This document shows positions 58,372 through 64,000 of a DNA stretch of 64,000 nt, in pieces. The DNA comes from a virus (taxonomy: Duplodnaviria > Heunggongvirae > Uroviricota > Caudoviricetes). The DNA lies in IMG/VR virus record IMGVR_UViG_3300028454_000679. One strand, given 5' to 3'. The notes under the pieces are model-generated. The model searched no databases. It was not told where the DNA came from and was given only the letters and a program-made list of their open reading frames with translations. The first letter of the stretch is position 1. Each line of letters starts with the position of its first letter. The position numbers and the translations under genes were made by a program.

Positions 58372-59970
58372 CTATAAGTATGAAGAAATACTAAAGTTAC
58401 TCAACTCTTCAAGTACTGCACTCTCTTCTACACTCATTTGGTCTGCCCTAGACTGATCCTCTGCACGGTACTCGAATGTAGATACACTGAAACGTTTGCG
58501 TAAGTAAACATACTCTGTGAGTCTGGCTGCATTTCTTCGTTTGGTATTTTCTAAAATAGCCAATCCCTGCTTTTGCAAGGTTGGGTTGTCTCTTAAGTAA
58601 AAGACATCATCTGCATCTGCTGACAAATTCTGAGAACCCCTAGTTGGGGAGTTCACGGTAGCTTTTCCCTCTGAATCCGAAGCCTTTGCTGTGCTTGATG
58701 GATGTGAGGTCACCATAATATACACTGGATACTTTTTTCTAAATCGTCTGACAGCCTCTGAAAGTGCATTCACTTTAGCTTTTTCTGAGCCATCCCCAAC
58801 AGTTCCTGCCAATGCACAAGAATGGTCAATAAACACAGCGTCAAACCCAACAGTCTCATACATACTCTCCATCTCCTCATAGATAGAAGAATAGCTGAAT
58901 GCTTCATGCAGCACAAGACACTTGGAGTTAGTCAGAGTGTCAATAGCAACCATAATCTTTGCTGCTACATCTGGACGTGTCTTAGCTAACTCATCAAGCC
59001 CTGTAATATCCTGCACAGTAACAGCTAAGCCATACTCCTTCCAAACATAGTTGGTTAGTATATCAACAAAGACTGCTGACTTATGAGTCTCACCACACAT
59101 AAATACAACCTTATGTCCAGACCTTATAACATTAACAGCTTGGTCTACTGCGAACTTAGTCTTACCAATATTCTCCTTACCAACAACAACTACCATACGA
59201 TGTTGTAGCATAGGAGTGGCGTCGTCCAACTCAGGAATACCATACTCTGCTATAGGTACAGAGAATTCCTTAAGGTCATTAAGCATAGCCTGTGCAGCGT
59301 CCATAGAGTTCAATGCGACATATTGAGTGTTAACAGTATTGTCCAACTTGTTAGTAATCTCATTCATTGCCTTACTGGAATAAGTCAACCAATCATCACA
59401 ACCACTCAAAGATTTACGACCTATCTTAACTTCGCTAGTTAAGATATCACGTTGTACATTCATAACGAGTGTACTAACATGATTCAGGTATGCTTGGCGT
59501 AGAATAGGCTCCTCTGCAATAACTTGCTCTGAAGGAACTTCTAAAGAGAAAGCATTGTCATAAAGTTCCAAAACACGGGAACTAACTATCTTACACGTTG
59601 CAGAAAAGGTAGCTGGGACATCCAAGTTGGCATCTAATCCGTTGTTCTCTAAAAAAGACTTTACATGTAGATTCTTGTCCGTAACAAGTGAAGATGCACC
59701 TGTAACAAGGTAGTCGTAAAGTGTCTCTCTTGTAAGCTGTGGTGTGTAGTTAGTTCCAAAAGAATTCTTTAAACGTGAATACTGCTGGAGAATCTTAAAA
59801 ACAGCGTAATACTCCATCTCCATAGATTCTAATTCAACGTAATTGAAGACCATCTGTAAAATGGGTAAAAAGAAGTCCTGATTGTAATTCTCATGTGGTA
59901 ACAACCCGCTAAGACACCTGGTCAATACCTCTTGCAGGTCGTCATCATTTAGTAATTCAAGCTTAATCAT
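58372..59970 (-). CDS. dnaB: DnaB-like (SF4) replicative helicase
   Basis: Walker A GKENIGKT, VFIDH, VTSHP, SQNLSADADDV, KRR arginine finger-like segment. Confidence 0.7.
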   Translation of the reverse strand: MIKLELLNDDDLQEVLTRCLSGLLPHENYNQDFFLPILQMVFNYVELESMEMEYYAVFKILQQYSRLKNSFGTNYTPQLTRETLYDYLVTGASSLVTDKNLHVKSFLENNGLDANLDVPATFSATCKIVSSRVLELYDNAFSLEVPSEQVIAEEPILRQAYLNHVSTLVMNVQRDILTSEVKIGRKSLSGCDDWLTYSSKAMNEITNKLDNTVNTQYVALNSMDAAQAMLNDLKEFSVPIAEYGIPELDDATPMLQHRMVVVVGKENIGKTKFAVDQAVNVIRSGHKVVFMCGETHKSAVFVDILTNYVWKEYGLAVTVQDITGLDELAKTRPDVAAKIMVAIDTLTNSKCLVLHEAFSYSSIYEEMESMYETVGFDAVFIDHSCALAGTVGDGSEKAKVNALSEAVRRFRKKYPVYIMVTSHPSSTAKASDSEGKATVNSPTRGSQNLSADADDVFYLRDNPTLQKQGLAILENTKRRNAARLTEYVYLRKRFSVSTFEYRAEDQSRADQMSVEESAVLEELSNFSISSYL

Positions 59971-59987
59971 GCTAATACCTCGTAATA

Positions 59988-61280
59988 CTATAATCTGGAA
60001 GCTATTTGGACCAGTTCACTGTTATTCTGTCCCAACAGTTCCCTAGTAATCTCACTTCTGGCATAGACATTATTTAAAAAGTAATCAATCTCAGGAGAAT
60101 TCCTAGTGATAATATAAATAATATCTATGGTTCTGTCTCTGAATCCACGGTTGACTCTGCCAATCATTTGTTTGCAATCAACAGTGAACTCATAGAAAAT
60201 AACATAATCACTATCCATATCCACAGCTGTGGTTACAGATGTGATAACAACATCAATAGATTTCTCTTCATTAAACTGATAGAGTATATGCTCCCTATCC
60301 TTCTGCTTTGTAAATCCATTTATGCAAGCATACTTTATACCAGCTTTATCAAAATTCTCAGTCACCCACTCTCGTACAGCATGCTGGTTCACATAAACCA
60401 GACCTCGTCCCCTAGACTTAACCTCCTCAATAAGTGCATCAACCTGATTCACTGCTCCTCTGCCTTTCAATGCAAGAAACATATTACCAAGCTGTTTCAG
60501 TTTCAGAGTTTGGTCAAAGGACATGTCAGCCCATTTTATAATTCCACGGTACTCTACTCGCACACCAAAGTCAGAACGATCCCGAACAATAATCTTGCCA
60601 GGGTACTGCTTTACAAAGTCAGGGTTATTCCTGAGAGTGTGATGAAGTGTCTTGGGGTTATCAAAAGTATAAGGGTCTACGATGCACAGTATATTAGCTA
60701 ACTGATTAGCATCTGTAGTTATAGGCGTTGCTGTTAAAGCAAAGCAATACTCAAACTTATAGGTAATCTTAGACAACACAGATGCATTATCAGCACCCAT
60801 AAAATTATTCAATTCATGTGCCTCATCAATAAACAATGCCTTAAACTGACTTGAGTTCTTTCTAAGCCAAGTCAACAATTCATTACTACGTAAGCAATCA
60901 TGTGTAATCATAAGAATATCGTAATCAATTGGATAATTGATAATTCCCTGTACGTTCTTCTGCTCTGCTGTTGTGCCTCGTACACTAAAATGTAAGGCAT
61001 CCTCGAACTTCTTAGGCGTTTGTATAAGTTGGTCTTTCTTACACACAAAAACAAACTTGCTGTCTGGGTATGCGTTCTTTAAAAGTCGCATTAGTGCGGC
61101 AGCTAAAAGAGTCTTGCCGGTGCCAGTTTCATAAACAAAAAGTGACCGTTTCTCAAAAAGTGCTCGCATAACATCAATACACTGAATATCCTTAAGCTGA
61201 TAACCATAAAGAATCTCCTCTATAGCCTTAAAGGAATTCATAGAGTGCAGTCTATTGTAAACCTCTGCTTCATTATACAT
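59988..61280 (-). CDS. Superfamily 2 helicase (SNF2/DEAH-like)
   Basis: ETGTGKT, FIDEAH, LTATP, QMIGRVNR. Confidence 0.8.
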   Translation of the reverse strand: MYNEAEVYNRLHSMNSFKAIEEILYGYQLKDIQCIDVMRALFEKRSLFVYETGTGKTLLAAALMRLLKNAYPDSKFVFVCKKDQLIQTPKKFEDALHFSVRGTTAEQKNVQGIINYPIDYDILMITHDCLRSNELLTWLRKNSSQFKALFIDEAHELNNFMGADNASVLSKITYKFEYCFALTATPITTDANQLANILCIVDPYTFDNPKTLHHTLRNNPDFVKQYPGKIIVRDRSDFGVRVEYRGIIKWADMSFDQTLKLKQLGNMFLALKGRGAVNQVDALIEEVKSRGRGLVYVNQHAVREWVTENFDKAGIKYACINGFTKQKDREHILYQFNEEKSIDVVITSVTTAVDMDSDYVIFYEFTVDCKQMIGRVNRGFRDRTIDIIYIITRNSPEIDYFLNNVYARSEITRELLGQNNSELVQIASRL

Positions 61281-61572
61281 AAGTAAACTCCGGGAAAACT
61301 TCTTCTACAACCTTTCGTATCTCTGGATAGGCACACACAATATAATTGAACATATCCATATAGGTTGAATTCTCTGACAAAATATTTCTAAAGCACTTTG
61401 CAATATCACCCTCTGGGAAGAAGTCAGGAAGGTTGTAAAGCATCTTAAATTGACACAATTCCTTTTTGTTCCTAAATATCTCATACTCCTCACCCTTGAG
61501 TTTAAGCACCATATCGAACTTTTGTATTCTGACAAGACTGTAGTACTCTTGTATAATATTAAATATTTTCAT
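61273..61572 (-). CDS. Hypothetical protein
   Basis: Start moved to ATG 61572 behind GGAGGT; 99 aa. Confidence 0.6.
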   Translation of the reverse strand: MKIFNIIQEYYSLVRIQKFDMVLKLKGEEYEIFRNKKELCQFKMLYNLPDFFPEGDIAKCFRNILSENSTYMDMFNYIVCAYPEIRKVVEEVFPEFTYV

Positions 61573-62011
61573 ACATACCTCCAATCTGTAATTTGAGACA
61601 CTTGAAAAGTTCTCCCTCAAGAATCTCACATTTACAAGCATGCACAAGTAAAATATCCCATAAGAACAAGTACGAGAATGTTCCCTTGTATTTTGGAACA
61701 CTCTCAATAAGCTTATCAATAGTCTCTTCGATGCTATTTAAGCTCTCTGCAAACTCTTTAGGGTAAAAAGAGAAGTCAAACAATGGCTTGGGGTAAAGCG
61801 TAAGTATCCCATTCATAAAAGCCACATGAGAAATAACGCTGTAAAGCTTGTCCTCATCCACAAATTTAAAATCCAACTTTGTCGGATCCTGCACCCTGAC
61901 GCACTCTTTAGTACTAATACCAACAGCTTCACAAAGACACGTATGCACATCCTTAAGGTAGTGCATACGGAACTCTAAGAGCTGCTCTTCAAATTTATTG
62001 GAAAATTCCAC
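61559..62011 (-). CDS. Hypothetical protein
   Basis: 150 aa, short overlaps with both neighbours. Confidence 0.6.
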   Translation of the reverse strand: MEFSNKFEEQLLEFRMHYLKDVHTCLCEAVGISTKECVRVQDPTKLDFKFVDEDKLYSVISHVAFMNGILTLYPKPLFDFSFYPKEFAESLNSIEETIDKLIESVPKYKGTFSYLFLWDILLVHACKCEILEGELFKCLKLQIGGMYENI

Positions 62012-62738
62012 TTTGATTCACCCCAAGACTCTCTGCAGCTTCTGTCTCTTTCTCACTCTGTATAGCACTTTCATGAATACTGAGTAAGTCCTCTGCAGTA
62101 ATAACACCATTTACAATATCCTGCACCTGCTCTAAGGTTAATAAGTTCTCATTGATAAGAGAAGCCTCCGGTCCCATAACACCGTAGAATTCTTCCTCGT
62201 ACATTGGGTAAATCTCGAACAAGTCGAATGACTTTCTGCACCAACAAATCTCCTTGAGGATGGTGTCCATAAACTCTTTAATATCCAAATCCGCTACAGT
62301 AGGAAGAACACAACTCTCAACAAACGGCTGTTCTGCTAAAAAGCCTTCCAGATGAAAGTCGAAATACATAACGGTTGCGTAAACACCACATGCATACATT
62401 GCCAGGTTCGTAAAGTCAGGCAAATTCTTAGTATTCAAGCTAAATGCCTTACCTAACTCTTCCTTGAACAGTTCAAGCTTCGGACGCATAGACTGTAAGG
62501 TGTGATTAAGTATATTGCTAGTTGAGATAAATCTTCCACAGTACAACTCAAAAACATCCATATCAATGTTTATCTCATATGACAAATCCAAAATGCTCTC
62601 ATAGTCCTCTTCTACACAAGAGTCTACTAGGCACTGAAGCAGCTCCCTTGTATCATTCAAAGACTTAAACATTTGAGTAAAGTCAATATCCTCTTTATAA
62701 ATCCAGTTAGAATGCTCATGACTGATTGTCGTTATCAT
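61995..62738 (-). CDS. Hypothetical acidic protein
   Basis: Start moved to ATG 62738 behind GAGGAGG; ends VNQSGIFQ. Confidence 0.7.
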   Translation of the reverse strand: MITTISHEHSNWIYKEDIDFTQMFKSLNDTRELLQCLVDSCVEEDYESILDLSYEINIDMDVFELYCGRFISTSNILNHTLQSMRPKLELFKEELGKAFSLNTKNLPDFTNLAMYACGVYATVMYFDFHLEGFLAEQPFVESCVLPTVADLDIKEFMDTILKEICWCRKSFDLFEIYPMYEEEFYGVMGPEASLINENLLTLEQVQDIVNGVITAEDLLSIHESAIQSEKETEAAESLGVNQSGIFQ

Positions 62739-63090
62739 AGTCGTAATCCTCCTCTTCTTCTTCATCGTAATCGCTGTAATCTCCATCCCTATCAGTATCT
62801 CTATACTTAAAGAAATACATCACACCAAGTAGCACAGACGAAACAGCGAATGTTATAAATTCCATATAATTCTGTGTCAATAAAATCTTGACAGCAAAAA
62901 TAATACCATTACTAATAAGTGCAAGTTTTATAAAGCTAAGCTGTTCTGTTTTAGGAAGTAGTGGCATTTTTCTACCCAACTCCAGAACAAGAACTGGTAC
63001 ACACACAATAACTCCCTTAACAAGCTGCTTTAATGCACTAATAGGGTCTGCTAATTCAACCCTGTCAATATACTTAGAAAATTTTTTCAT
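62716..63090 (-). CDS. Small membrane protein with acidic tail
   Basis: TM segments; DYDEEEEEDYDYD tail. Confidence 0.65.
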   Translation of the reverse strand: MKKFSKYIDRVELADPISALKQLVKGVIVCVPVLVLELGRKMPLLPKTEQLSFIKLALISNGIIFAVKILLTQNYMEFITFAVSSVLLGVMYFFKYRDTDRDGDYSDYDEEEEEDYDYDNDNQS

Positions 63091-63210
63091 ATCGTCATTA
63101 AAACCAATTCAAATAATGCTAATGCACAGTATACTCTTAGACCGTTATCCATTCGGCAATACCTCAAGTAAAATGCAAAAAGAATAGCTAAGAGAACATG
63201 TGCTAAAATC

Positions 63211-63669
63211 CTACTTATTATCTGAATCACTATAATCCATGTAAAAGTCATCAAATTCACCATTATTCACTTCAGTAATCTTCCCCATAAACTCATTGTA
63301 TGCAAAGATAAACTGGACATCAGGATTAACCACCTTGGACTCTAAACTGTAGATAACATACCCGTTACCCTTGTACAGCACTTTTACCTTAGTTTTCTCT
63401 TTGTAGGACATAATGAGTTCGTAGGGTGCTGGCTTATCCTGCTTAGGATAAGTCAGTTCCTTGTAGACACTCTTGGTGCACAATTTACTAAGTGAGTTTA
63501 AGTCCTGCAATTTTTGCTCTGCAGTTGAATATTCATATAGATACTTCAATGCTTTCACTGCCAACCTGTCTGCATGCCTGTTAGACCAGATTCCATAAAA
63601 CACGACAGCTGTGACAAGTGCAACACAAGTAACTAAACACGAATACTTATTAAACTTAAATCGCTTCAT
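63211..63669 (-). CDS. Membrane-anchored hypothetical protein
   Basis: N-terminal TM, 152 aa. Confidence 0.7.
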   Translation of the reverse strand: MKRFKFNKYSCLVTCVALVTAVVFYGIWSNRHADRLAVKALKYLYEYSTAEQKLQDLNSLSKLCTKSVYKELTYPKQDKPAPYELIMSYKEKTKVKVLYKGNGYVIYSLESKVVNPDVQFIFAYNEFMGKITEVNNGEFDDFYMDYSDSDNK

Positions 63670-63999
63670 CTATACACCCTCTTCTGACATAACCTTTTGT
63701 ACAACATAGGTGAAAGAACCACGAGCCTGCACAGTGTAACGACCAGAAGGGTTGTCCAGAATCCTCTTACCCAGCGGGGAACGTGTAGACAGAATTCCAT
63801 CCTTTGTAGTACCTGAGCTATCTATAAGAAAGCTTCCGATACGCTCAATACTCTTGTCATCACACACTCTCGAAACTTCAACACGATCGCCAATGGAGAT
63901 ATACTCAGAGTTGTTAGTTTCTATAACCTCGTAGTTGTTTAAATCAGAACGAATCTTACTTATCTCCTGTTCAAGTGTTTCCTCATTCTGCTTAGCAAT
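63670..63999 (-). CDS. greA: GreA/GreB-like transcription elongation factor (5'-partial)
   Basis: Frame open to the window edge: AKQNEETLEQEISKIRSDL coiled coil, ISIGDRV, ILSTRSPLGKRIL. Confidence 0.7.
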   Translation of the reverse strand: MAKQNEETLEQEISKIRSDLNNYEVIETNNSEYISIGDRVEVSRVCDDKSIERIGSFLIDSSGTTKDGILSTRSPLGKRILDNPSGRYTVQARGSFTYVVQKVMSEEGV

Positions 64000-64000
64000 C

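Noticed and set aside
11768-62030. Canonical beta-clamp binding motif as the identity of the C-terminal motif
   Set aside because: Only 4 of 11 start with Gln, position 2 is invariant Ser rather than Leu, and most carriers are not replication proteins; kept only as a hypothesis.
1-64000. Prophage or jumbo-phage structural module; tRNA/rRNA genes
   Set aside because: No capsid, portal, terminase or tail proteins and no cloverleaf or rRNA-like sequence recognised by eye; tRNAscan and HMM searches were not run.

Overview
AT-rich 64-kb window with essentially every gene on the minus strand and Firmicutes-type RBS and sigmaA promoters. It reads as part of a large, probably extrachromosomal or integrated element of a Clostridia (Lachnospiraceae-like) host; this is inference, and no virion, integrase, VirB4/VirD4, rRNA, tRNA or CRISPR sequences were recognised. 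Three zones: (1) 1-25.7 kb, an accessory array built from repeated terminator/promoter modules, carrying three AAA-ATPase/PD-(D/E)xK proteins, three HipA-like kinases, a nucleotidyltransferase pair, an AlbA/HATPase protein, two Ig-domain/transglutaminase-like surface proteins, a cold-shock protein and a 2193-aa secreted protein, with four genes disrupted; (2) 25.7-41.6 kb, a Tad-like pilus/secretion operon with at least six paralogous atypical pilin-like proteins, a fused TadB/C, a TadA ATPase, a 73-aa mini-protein copying the TadA His-box, ParA-like and SAF proteins and an NlpC/P60 hydrolase; (3) 41.6-64 kb, core-like genes (YhaM-like nuclease, signal peptidase I, lipoproteins, sigma factor, RuvC-like nuclease, stand-alone primase zinc finger, Hsp70, DnaB-like and SF2 helicases, GreA-like). 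The most striking unexplained signal is a short peptide motif, hydrophobic-x-x-S-x-[IVLT]-F, at the extreme C-terminus of 11 largely unrelated proteins. It is encoded by different codons and also occurs near the N-terminus of the element's own Hsp70.
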